From Gnetum montanum (lineage: Eukaryota; Plantae; Gnetophyta), in the NCBI GenBank assembly GCA_015680685.1, contig MNCI01001305.1, positions 93,887-157,886 of the forward strand: a stretch of DNA of 64,000 nt, in the 5' to 3' direction. The notes under the pieces are model-generated. The model did not search any database. It was not told the origin of the DNA and saw only the letters and a list, made by a program, of their open reading frames with translations. Positions 37,300-49,500 of the stretch are shown piece by piece. Both the position numbers and the translations under genes were made by a program. How positions within the stretch are numbered: position 1 is the first letter of the stretch; every line of letters starts with the position of its first letter.

Positions 37300-40200
37300 G
37301 TATCACTTGACTTGGCATTTATCCTATTGTGGCAAGTTGAGCAAGAATGGCTATGCATCATGATCTATCTTCGCCTCTAGCTTTGATAGGTCCACATGGC
37401 GAGCTTACATGACAACTAAACCCAGAGTTAATAGATTGGGAATCATCCATTGATAGCATTATCGCATCCTTAGAAACATCCCTAGACTGGCCCGAACATC
37501 TGATCCAAGCCTTAGATTTAGAGGCCGGAGATGTGATTGAGGACCCTCTCATTGAAACGCCTATGACTACATCCAGGGGGGACATAAAAACACTAAAACT
37601 TAGCTCCCTCCTAGATTTGCAAACACACAAAGATGTATCCAAGATCCTACAAGATAACATCCAAGTATTCACGTGGTCTTATAATGACATGATGGGCTTA
37701 GATCTGAGGCTTATATAGCACAACATTGTCTTAGACCTGCATATGATAGCAATTAAACAAAAGGCTCACAAGGTTAAACTGGAGATCACACTGGTCGTAT
37801 GCAATGAAATCACTAAGCTGTATCAGGCTGGTTTCATCCAGCCAATTGATTACTTAGAATGGATGTCAAACATCGTTGTAGTTTCTAAGAAAATGGGAGG
37901 AATAAGAATCTGTATAGACTTCCAGGATCTGAACAAAGCAACGATCAAAGATGACTTCCCACTGCCAAATATTGATCAACTCATCGATACTAAAGCTGGT
38001 CATGCTCTACCATATTTCATGGATGGTTTCTCCGGCTACATTCAAATTCGTATCACCCAGAGCATCAGTTAACAACTACTTTCGTGACCCAATGGTGTAC
38101 TTTCTGTTACATTATGATGTCCTCTAGACTCAAAAATGCCAGAGAAAGCTACGAAAGAGCCATGACATACATCTTTAGTGACTACATCCTAAAAACACTA
38201 AATGAATATGTGGATGACATAGAAGTCAAATCTAAAGAGGCCATTGATCATCCCAACGATCTAGATGTAGTCCTCAAACACTACCAGATGCATGACTTAC
38301 AACTCAATCCAAAAACGTATCTTCAGGGTAAGAACCGGATGCATGTCAGGTTTTGTAGTATCGAAGGCTGGAATACAAGTGGACCTTGACAAAGTTAAGG
38401 CCATCATTAATCTAGTACCCCCTACTAACCTTAAAGAATTGCGTGGGTTGTAAGATAGGGTACAGTTCATTAGAAGGTTTATAGCAAAGTTGACTAACAA
38501 GTTACACCCCATGCAACACTTACTAAAGAAAGGGGTTAACTTCGAAATGACAACACAATGCCAGCAAGCCTTTGATGACCTAAAGAAAGAGCTTTTACAC
38601 CTCCCAACTGTTTACCCATCATAGAGGGATAAGCTTTTCTACATCTACCTTGCCACCTCAGACACATCTATCACAGCACTGTTATGTCAGAGATGAGATG
38701 ATGGCTCTGAGATTCCATTTTACTACCTGAGTCATGCATTGATAGCATACAAGGAAAAGTACAATGAGGTGGAAAGAAATTGTCTCACCCTAGTGTTTGC
38801 ATTAAAAAATTGGAGGCATTATCTATTTCATAGAAAAGTTAATATTATTTGCAAAAATAATGTACACCAGGCTATCATGAACAATCTATATGAGAGAGGT
38901 AGGATAGCCCGGTGGAAAGCCATAACCGTGGAATTCGATTTGCATTATGTGACCCAATCATCGACAAAAGGTCAAGCTATACCTACGCAACTTACAACCT
39001 CACCAGTTGACAATTGGGCAACCATAGAACCTGAATTCCCTAACGAGAATGTTAGCACCATCAACACTATCCCATTACATCTCGAAGCTACTTTACATTT
39101 CAACGTCATCTTGACTATGCGTGATGGTAGTACAGCTACCGTCATTACGTTCCCCTCTAGGGATATTCAACCATTTCCTTATTGATTCGCATTCCTTTGT
39201 ACAAACAACATGGTAGAGTACGAAGGACTCCTCAAGGGCCTCTTAGCAGCCTAAGAGCTAAATGTTAAACATCTGGCAATTCCAGGTGATTCACAACTCG
39301 TTGTAAATAAAATCACTAAGGTCTATGCCTATAAAGCTACTCATCTACAGTCCTATTGCGACCTAGCAAAAAATTTTCTTAAACATTTTGCAACAATGGA
39401 CGTTCAACATGTGCCACGCAATGAGAACACTGTAGCAGATGCCTTGGCCACCCTAGCATTAAATGTTCCACCACACCTATTCGCAAGTTTTCCCACTTCG
39501 ATAACTAAGTGTACAAAGTCTATCACTCAAGCTATACACATCGCCTCTATAAGTGCTATGGATACCTAGGAGAGGTACGCCAGCATTAAAGCATATCTAC
39601 AACATGGTGAGCCCCCACGTGGATTGACATCTACTCAAAGGGATGCAATTTGCAAGCGTGCTCGGCAATATGTACTAATGGGAGACAACGCCTTATGCAA
39701 ATGCTCCTTTGATGGAATATTTCTAACATGCGTAAATAAGGAACAAGTGCAAAATATCATTAATGAAGTCCATGAAGGACTGCGCGGTGGACACATAGCC
39801 CCTAGGGCCATGGTAGCAAAAATTAGATGCCTAGGGTATTACTGGCCTCACATGGAACGTGATTGCCTAGCCAAAGTCAAGACTTGTGATACATGCAAAT
39901 GATATGAAAATCTTATACACGTCTCACCTACCGAGTTGCACCCGATGCAAATCACATGGCCATTCGAATGATGGGGACTAGACATTCTAGGACCTATCAC
40001 ACCTAAGTCTTTCGCAAGGCATAGCTTCATCATCACTACCACTAAGTACTTTACAAAGTGGGTAGAGGCTATTCCCCTTAGGAAGACTACATCTCAACAA
40101 GTTTTCCACTTTATATTGGATAACATAGTGACAAGGTTTGGGCTTCCCTGACTATTTTGATAGACAACAGGCCACAATTTAGTAGCATGGAAACCAAAGC

Positions 40201-40813
40201 CTTTTGTAACAACCTTGGCATTATGCAATCATTCTCCTCACCATACTACCAATAGGCAAATGGACAAGAAGAAGCTATGAACAAAGCCATCATCAACTTG
40301 CTCAAGAAAATGCTTAGCAACAGCAAGTGGCAATGGCACGAGTAAATCCTCTATGTGCTATGGGCTTATAGAACGACATGCAAGACAACAACAAGTAAAA
40401 CTCCTTATAGTCTTGTTTATGGATATGAAGTGGTGTTACCTCTTGAGCTACAGGTACCATCACTTTGAATGATCCTGTCAAATATCGTGAGCAAAGCCTA
40501 GAACAACGAGTTGAGAATCATCAACCTTGACTTCATAGAGGAGGAGCATGTGCAAACACTTGGTCGCATAGAGTGCTATCAAGATAGGCAATGGCAGAAG
40601 AATCATGCAAACCCACATCAATGGGAAATAAAAAAGGGGAACCTCATTCTCAAGGCTATCCATGAGCATGTGAAAAAATTCTCAACAAATTGGGAAGGTC
40701 CATTCATGGTGACAAAAGCCTATGGGAATGGAGCCTTTAAGTTGGCAGACATGGATGACAACATGTTCACAAATCCTATGAATCATTCGTATCTCAATCC
40801 ATACTACATCTGA
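37300..40813 (+). pseudogene. Element B pol: RT (~37700-38400), RH (~38630-38950), aRH (~39090-39460), INT (~39620-40813)
   Basis: DFQDLNKATIKDDFPLPNIDQL, YVDD, YNEVERNCLTLVFALKNWRHYL, CTNNMVEYEGLL...GDSQLVV...HVPRNENTVADALA, EVHEGLRGGH...GYYWP, KFSTNWEGPF. Confidence 0.95.
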
Positions 40814-40837
40814 TGCATGAGCAAGGTAAGAAAAATG

Positions 40838-41250
40838 TCTTCTATGATGTAAAACTGGCAAAGCACATCTACTACAATGTAAAACTAGCAAAGCTCATCT
40901 GCTATGACGTAAAACTAGCGAGGATAGTCCACTATGAATATAAACTAGCACAGTGATAATCTACTATGACTATAAACTGGTACATATCGTCCGCGATGAC
41001 ATTAAACTAGTAAAGCACGTCTACTATGACGTTAAACTAGAACATACGGTCCACTACGACCTTGAATTAGCCCATCCACCATCCTCTACAACAATAAACT
41101 AGCATAGTAGTCTACTAGGACCTTAAACTAGCATAGCGGTCTGCTAGGACCTTAAACTAGCATAGCGACCATCCGCTACAACGATAAACTAGCACAGCAG
41201 TCTGCTAGGATCTTAAACTAGCACAACGGTCTACTAGGACCTTAAACTGG
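40838..41250 (+). repeat. ~30-bp tandem array downstream of INT in B
   Basis: About 14 units of the type ctacta(t/g)gac(c/g)ttaaactagca. Confidence 0.9.
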
Positions 41251-42576
41251 GTTCATGGCACAATGCCCTTAGCATGCATCCATGACCATTCAAGTAAGCG
41301 AGTGTGCACAGTGCCAACATGGGGTGGGACATTGCAGTTCTAGAATGCAGTTCACGATGCCAAGAAAACACTCTCTAGAATATATGTAACGCCACTACCC
41401 CTGGCATCTTACTAATCCTCTAGAGATGTCATCTAACATCTTGCTAACCTTCTAGAGCTACCACCAAGATAGCTCGTCGCCCTGGCAATAGCTTTCGTGG
41501 TCATCATTCACTGCTGGAGTCCTAGCACTATTGTGGCCCATCCACAAAAGTGCTACCCTCTAGCCCCCACCATCGCCTGGTCCCAAAAGATGTTCAGCTA
41601 TTGGGCATCTCATCTTATATAATGTTTTCCTTCGGTGGGGACTCCTGAGCACTCCTCCACGTTGATGCTGCTAGAACCATTGCTGGCCTTTCTGGTTTGG
41701 ATGTTAAATGCCTCAACAAAAATGTTCATTACTCTAGAAGCATCCAAAGTAAGCATTACCTTTGCCTTCGTTTCACTTGATGGTTGTTTCTTCTTGTTTT
41801 CTCTCTATTGTGTTTGTAGGGTACATGCTAGAGGGGTGTCAGTTAGAGGTGCATTTTGCCAAGATGGCAGCACACTACATCATTACAAGGTGGTCGTCCT
41901 GACTAACGTTGCTACTTGGGAGTGCACATCCTATCCTCCCCCTTAACCTCCTTTTCCTCATTTCTTACACCCGCAATTCTCCTTCTCACACCTCTTTTAT
42001 GAATTTTCTTGATGCCTATAAAGCCCTTCCATATGCTCAACCACAAAGTCCATGACATGTGTAACACAACTCGCTACATGGGAAGCATCTGAAGGTAGGT
42101 CAAAGCCCCACATGGATGTAACACAACTCATCCTGGGAAGGAAACACCTGTCCTACAACAACAAGGTTGTTTGCAAACAAAAATGGCAAAACAACAAAAG
42201 AAAAGTGTAAAAGAGAAAAAGCTCAAAAAAACATGCCTAAAACAAATGGCATATCATCTATTTCGCAATGATTGTCTCTAAGCATTTTGATGAGAGGTCA
42301 AAAGCCTATAAAAGAAAGATGTCCATGAATATTGACTTCCTCACAAGTACTCTGATGAGGGACCAGATTGCTACATCTTGCCCTTCCTGAAACTATCCTT
42401 GTAGATCCACCCTTTCTCCTTTCCTTATGTGACTATCCTAGCATACTCAAGCATAGCTAAATGGCATCTGGACAATTACTGGAGAGTGATGTTAGCATCT
42501 TGCTTTTCATGATGTTTTGTATTCTTTGTTGGCATCTCTAGGGCCCGTCCTCCAGATGTCGACAAAGAGGATCCAT

Positions 42577-45500
42577 TGAAACACCATAAAATTTTGAGAC
42601 CCTCTTGCTTCACCAGGGTCTTGGAATTCAAGCAAGGATTTCCACAAGTGTAGTGTCATGACAGTTCAGTAGTGCATTGACCTAAATCATCGATGTAAGG
42701 CTATAAGGGAAAACAAACACTGAAAGATTGTCAGATAGGCATAACTGACCCTGCCTTCGCGTGAGGGCACGTTGGAAAAGGAAATGAAGGTAGAGTGCCT
42801 TGGATGGTCTGCATGCAAATCAACTAAGGACTTCCTCGAGCGTAAACTATGGCTTGAGTTGGGGTTATCATAATTGATGATGCACAAAATGTAAACAATA
42901 GTGTATGAAATGTAAATAGAGTGTATACAGAACTGAATTGTAAACAAGGCATAAACTGAATTTAAAATAGAGCAAAAAATATAATGGATGGAAAAATGAA
43001 CTGTATTATATTTCTTAGAAAGGATGTGCACCAGTCAAAGCATAGCTGCACATGTCGATGGTAGGTCAAGTGCCAAGCCCTAGGGTGATGTGTTCCAGAA
43101 GTGCTAGGATGCTAGGAGTCAAGTGTATCTGAGTTCCCAAGGATTGTTGGTCTGAGTTTTCTAAGCCGTCAACATTCAAAATTTCCCATCCTATTTATGT
43201 GAATTGATAGGGTATTTATAGGGTTTGGCTGGGCTCGGGTGCAGAATTCATGGATGGAATCAATGGCTAAGAATTAAGAGGAAAATGGATCAAGTAACAC
43301 GTGTCTGATGAACAGCTGTGTGTGAGTTGGATGTGCGTGGGCAAGCTACATTTTTGACCAGGTGCATTGTATCTTACAGCATGTGTTGGCTTACTCAAGC
43401 TAGCTTACGCTCATGGAAGCACATACAATTTAGAGAGTAAGAGCTTCACAAGCTCACAAATGATGAAAATTTACATTGAGAATGATAATGTACAACAAGA
43501 GAAATTGACTCCAGCTCTCTTGAAACTTCTCAATCTCTGAATTGACTATTGTAGGATGTCGATCTAAGTGATTTTTTGGTTGTTCGAGGCATCTTTGTTT
43601 CACCAGATCTTTCAGCATGAGTTGATTTTATCTTTGTGTGTCCTTAGCCTGCTCACGCTACACTCATGCTATACTCACGCTACACTCACACTATACTCAT
43701 GTTGCACTCACGCTACTAGTGTGACCTCAGCATGACCTCAACGTGAGTGAGCTAAAATGGCATATTTTTCACCAAATTTTGATTTTTGAAGCCTGTTTCT
43801 TAAGTGCAACTATTTTCTGACTGTGTGGTTGACCTTAGGAATGATCTATAAGTCAAAAATTGAGCCTGATATGACTTTTTTTAAACCACTTATGGTAGCT
43901 CACACTAGACTCACGCTGCCAACGTGAGTGCAGTGTGACCACGGCGTGAGCTACAAAAATTGTAATTTCTTGACTTGAAATCTGGAATTCTAGAGGCTGA
44001 AGTCTGAAGTTGTCAACAATGAACCCTGAGGATGACTTGCACCTTGGAAATAAGATCATTTTAACTCAGTTTTGGGCTTTGAAATTTTCTCACACTGTAC
44101 TCATGCTACCAGCATGAGTGACAGCATAAGTTTGAAAATGTGAACAATTTTTCTTGAAATTTGAATCTGCGAATGCTGAAACTTGGAGTGGACTTTAGTG
44201 GCCCTTGAGGATGGCTTACACCCTCAAATTTGAACCATTTTTAACTTGATCTTGAAGCTGTTGGAGTTGCTCACACTGAGGGCAAGCTAGTTTGATACTG
44301 TGAGTTCCATGTCTTAGTCAAATTTTATCTCCCGAAAGCCAAAAGGGCTTTGGTTTGTTCTTATTTCAAAGTGTTAGGCTAAAATTAGTGGTGTTTCAGG
44401 TAGGAAAATGTAGGCACTGAGGTTAGACTATTCAATTCAAAAAAATTTCTACCTCCATAGCTGACAGGCCTGATGGACTCTCTAGCCTGCCCACCTGGAC
44501 AATTCACTTGGCTGACAGTCTACTCAGAAATTGTGCTAGGAGTTGTCAACGGTGTTCAAGATGGACAAAATAGTTTGGTAAGTTTTCTAGTGGAGAATTC
44601 TACTATGCTACACTATGTTGTGCAGCGTAGCAAGCCTTTGAAAAATCAATCAAGTGTTCGAATATAAGTTTTGGCAAGATGTCCACGTAGGGCAAAGTCA
44701 GAATCTGGCCAACACAGGGTGCTACGCTATATAGCGTAGCACAATGTAGCAAGGGTAAAATAGGAAAATTATTCTTGTGAAACCCTACAGTTTTGATAGA
44801 AATGCAAGTTACATTGGTTGCTACGTTATGCTACGCTACATAGCATAGAAAAGATGCAAATCAATAAAATGCCCCAAACATTAACCCGATGTGCGCCAAG
44901 GCTTTCGGTAAATGCTGTTGACTCCAATGCAAGTTTTCTATTCAAAATGGTGGCTACTCTATGCTACACTACATAGCATAGCATAGTGTAGCAAGTAGCT
45001 ACGCTATGCCAATGTGCTACGCTTCATAGCATAGCACAGTGTAGCAAGAAGCTACGCTACTTCAATGTGCTTCATCTCTTGCTTGCATTGTTGGCATATC
45101 GGATTCCAGCATGGGCAGTTTCAATAACATGGTTGCAACGTAGCAAGTTCACAACCAGTTTTGCACATATATGTAGTATAGACACACTAACATCTCATGG
45201 GTCTAGGAAACATGGAACCCAGGCCTCATTTCTTGCCTACTCCTCGCCCTATACATACCCCAAAAAACAACACTCAAAGGGTTGGCAATTTGAGTTCACA
45301 ATTTGGGTTGGCTTTTTGCATTAGCATTTTTGCACGTTGGCTTTTTTTTGATGTTGTCTTTTGACTCAAGGAATTGACATTTTTGTATTAGCAAGAGTAG
45401 TTGGCTTGTAGGCATTCTATAGTGTTAGCTTTCAAGTTCTCACTCAAAAGCATAGTTGGTACATTTTGAGCGTTTTGGTCATTCTTGAACTCTTTGTGTG

Positions 45501-45864
45501 CTTTTGACGTTGTATAACTTGTTATACATTTTCAAACAAGGCAAAGAATCAAACCTGTGACTTTGTGGCAGTGCATTTTCTTACCCCAATTTATTCTGTT
45601 ATCTCTTCTTTGTTATCACTATTTGGCATTATTCTCTTCATTCTTGCATTTATTGATTATCGATTTTACCTCGTGTATTTCACATTTAAAATAACATTCA
45701 CGTAAGGTTAAGTTACACTGATTAAGTCCCTATCTAATCATCCAAACCATTCAGGGTGCCCTGCTTCCATTTTATCTAGCATGGCCTTCGCATGGATCTG
45801 GGGTTAAACTGTTTGCCCGGCAACCTCTTGGTGTTTCCAGCCACTGACACTTTCGGTGGCTACA
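42577..45864 (+). repeat. 3' LTR of element B (42577-42672 + 44404-45864), split by a solo LTR
   Basis: TGAAACACCATAAA...GGTGGCTACA, preceded by a weak PPT (aaagagga). Confidence 0.92.
42673..44398 (-). mobile_element. Solo LTR of a related Tat family (~1726 bp)
   Basis: TG...CA termini; TSD AGTAG (42668-42672) / GGTAG (44399-44403); minus strand starts TGAAACACCACTAATTT like LTR A; TATAAATA on minus at ~43213-43220; 10-bp ctcacgctac repeats at 43653-43715. Confidence 0.88.
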
Positions 45865-45869
45865 TATGG

Positions 45870-46513
45870 TTTAAGTGTAATTGAGGTATATGAATTTTTA
45901 TCATTTTATATTTTATAGATGTATTTTCCTGCAATAAGAATAAGGATAGAGTAGATTGAAAACTAATGTCTATTGTCTATCTAACTTAACACAAGTAACT
46001 GCCCCACTTTCTTGATATTAGCACTATTGGGCTACCAAACATTAAGTGTTTTTGAGTTACCAAGTACTATATGAATGCTCGAAGTGGTTGTGCTCATGTT
46101 CATTAATTGCTGAAAATAAATTGCTTAATCAAATGCACTAAAGTAAAGAACAACAAAGTAAAATGCAATAAGGAAAATGTTAAGCTATTCTCAGTGCTAC
46201 AAGGATTTTCAAAAGAGTTTATTTTATTCCCATCACATTGTTGTGCTTAGGTACATTAGTGCTTGAACAAAGACTCATACACACTTAAGACCCCTTCTAT
46301 AGACACTCAAAAAATATTCTAACTCTAGGAAGAAGAAACAGCAAGAGCTTTGCTACCTTGCTTGAAAACTAGAAACTAAATAATGAAAAAACTTCCCAAA
46401 ACTAGAGCCTAGGCATGGTATTTATAGAATCAGTGTATATACCTTAATGTCAAACATATGATGTCAGATCCAAGCCCCAACATCACATACCAATGTCAAA
46501 TGGTGATTCATCA
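45870..46513 (-). repeat. 5' part of the element E 5' LTR
   Basis: Resumes after TSD TATGG, contains TATAAATA on minus (~46419-46426), ends TTCATCA (inverse of TGATGA at 25912). Element D sequence follows. Confidence 0.65.
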
Positions 46514-46560
46514 ATAACAAAAAATGTAATTAGAACATACCTAAAACAATGTGATGTACC

Positions 46561-49500
46561 TAGCCGATCTTAAGGGATATCTTCTTTTTCATTGGCTACT
46601 CAAAAATAATAATAGTCTTTTCAACTCGTGTCCACTTCAACTTTGCTTTGGTTGCACCATCAAACTTAACACACCACTTCTTAGCTCTCTTAGCATTTAC
46701 ATAGGTAATATGGGGCTGAATCCCCATGCTATCAAGGGAAGAACAATGTAGACCACTAAATTTCTTAGTGGTAATAACCTCAACTAGTGGATTTTGAACC
46801 TACATGACTAGAAAAATATGTTTTAACTAAGGTTTGGAAAATTAGGAGATCATGACTCACCCATTTTCTATCCTTCTTAAGAACCAAGAATTCTGCAAAC
46901 CTCCTTAGATATGCTAGAAAAATACAAAATGCACATTGCATATCCTCTCAAGGTTGCTTTAGAATTTCTGGATTTCATCTCGTAGCATAGAGACCAAGTG
47001 AGTAGCCTAATTAAACTAAGAATCCTCGATGAGAATCCTCTTCATGATCCAAGCCTATCAAATGCCAAGTAGATTCTTCTATGACAACAACATAGGAAAT
47101 TCTCTAGAGTGAAACAATGGATACATCTTGTTAACCTCTACAACTTGGCACTAATCTAGAGGCAACCCACCACTACCATGACAAGTGTTAAGCCATTTTC
47201 AACCTCCTCTCTATGGCGTACCTCTTTCCCTACTTTTTTCTCAACATTTATGCCATCACAAGATATGAAAAAAAGGTCATTGAATGTGGATTCATTGATG
47301 GCCAAGGTGATGGACTTACCGTGAATATGAGAGATGAATTTCTTAACTCATTTTTCGAAGTTATCAACATTCACCATCTCTACAATAGGCATGGATGGGC
47401 TACGAATCATAAACAAATTAAACAAACTTGAATCAACAATACTTTCCTACATCTCTCTACGTGCTTTGCTAGCCATCCATTCCTACAGTAAATCTACTTT
47501 GCCCCACTTAAGAATGTGTGTCTCCTTCACATGTCCTAAGGTGATTACGATAATAGTAGACTTGGGCATAGGATCTATGACACAACATGAACCCATTAGT
47601 CTTTATCATGAGCACATCATACAAAACCAAAAACATACATAATAAACATAGTAAAAAATTGAAATTAAACTCATAACTACATAGATTAAACTAATTAAAC
47701 AATTAAGACCTAAGTAACCAAAAAACAACACAACTAGAGAACATTGAAACTAATAACCAAAAAATAAAAAATAAGAACTATTAAATTTTCTTAACTAGTC
47801 AAAGCAACATAGGGGCCCTAGAAGCCACAAGTGCATATATGCCCATGTTTGAAAGGCCCCATCAAACATGAGTAGTCCTATTGACCAAACACTTGCAATA
47901 GACATTAGAGTAATGTGAAATATATTTACTAAAGTCATTCTTCAACTACTCCAACACCACAAGTCTCACAAATGATCCTTGTGTAAAAACCTCTAATGTT
48001 GTATGTGCAAAGGGTAGTACTTAGTCACTCTTCATTAATCCTCCATCATGCACTCTATACCTACAACATACAAATGCAATTAAAATTATTATTAGAATCA
48101 AACAACCTAATGAAAATAACATGTGAACAAAAAATAAGGATGACACTTACAATTGCAAGTGGTAGAAGATGCTAGGAGGATTTTGAAACAAATTGTGAAC
48201 TTGATGGCCTATCATCAATGTGTTATTAGCATTTTACTGAATAAATTCAAGCATATTCCAAATTTGTAAGAACTTGTGTGCTCCTAGTATGTACGTGCCA
48301 TCATGACAATCACCTTCTACATGACTGGCAAGGTCATCTACCATTAACTTAGCAATACAGCTAACAAAACTAGGCAATAATGTGTCCACAATGATAGCTG
48401 CAGTATCAGTGGCCAAGTGTGACCATATGATCACACTAAAGTTTTTTAACAGGAATGCTAAGAACTCTTTGGTCCTAAGCCTGAACCAAAGAGAACCATG
48501 ATCAAGGACCATGTTGGATAGCACATTGTTTGGTTCTAGCATGTTTATGCAACATAGAAGCCCAATCAATTCAACAACCACTAGGATGGATTTCGAAGGC
48601 CTTGCATAATAGAAAAATAGCCATTAAAACACTATGTGACAATAAACAAAATTCAAAATAACACTAAACAAAAAATGACAAGTGTAATGTCAATGTTAAC
48701 ATACAAAATTAAACTAAATTCACAAGTTACAACCATGAAAAAAAAATTGACTTAAAAAACTAAGTAAAAACCTAGGTAGCTTATTGACATTAATGGTAAT
48801 CACATAGTTGAATTATGCATAAAAAAAACTAATCTTAGTTTACAATGAAACAGTTGTAGTAAAAACTCTATCAAGGCTAGATAAAAGTTTTAAAAAGTTT
48901 AAATAGCTATTGAAAATCAACATAATCCATGTAAATAACCATTAGAGGTCTTAAGAAAATCTAAAAAAACATAAAATGTAGACCAACACTACCAATGCAG
49001 GCTGGGAAGCTTACAGGTTCAATAGTTAAAACTACAACTATATAGGGTAGTTCATGCAAACAAAAATTTGATAAAAAATTACTAATTTTTTTTTTTGCAA
49101 GTATTGGTGGTGTAAATATGCATAATTAAACAAAAAATACATTGTAATGTTACAAAAATATGTGTAGAAAAATTCACATTTTTTCCTAGAATCACTTTGA
49201 AATTTTTCTAAAAACAAAACCCAGTTTGTAGTGAAACAGTTATAGTGAAACATCTAGGAAACTTATGAAATTTTTTTAAAAATTTCCAAACTTCTGTAGA
49301 ACCATTCTACACTATCCTAGAAATCCCAAGGAGGTTGGAATGTTAATAAAAAATAGACAATGTAAGTCAACACTATCAATTTTAGTAGAGTAAAAATAGG
49401 TAAAAACCAAAAAATCACTATGCATTGGTCTATAGAAAAAATCATAAAAAATTAACCATAGCTTGAAAAATAGTGATTAAACTTTCATTGAAACTATTAA

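Larger units (their letters stand above)
26089..45864 (+). mobile_element. Element B: Tat-type Ty3/gypsy element with both LTRs and TSD, internally deleted in gag/PR, carrying two nested insertions
   Basis: Identical 5-bp TSD TATGG at 26084-26088 and 45865-45869, homologous LTRs, PBS, PR remnant, antisense gene and RT-RH-aRH-INT. Confidence 0.95.
22105..46513 (-). mobile_element. Element E: Athila-like Ty3/gypsy, 3'-truncated, with its 5' LTR interrupted by element B
   Basis: Gag-PR-RT N-terminus on minus, an Athila-type PBS, and an LTR with TGATGA...TCATCA termini split by B. Confidence 0.75.

Noticed and set aside
40838-41250. CRISPR-like appearance of repeat plus variable spacer arrays (also 5690-5990 and 36762-37205)
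   Set aside because: Units are short and the variable parts are homologous to each other. There are no cas genes and the context is a eukaryotic retrotransposon.
42315-42410. Hammerhead-ribozyme-like core CTGATGA-ggga...tcct-GAAAC in the B 3' region
   Set aside because: Stem I cannot form. The homologous site in A reads CCAATGA with no GAAA, implying an ancestral CCGATGA that gave CTGATGA by CpG decay.
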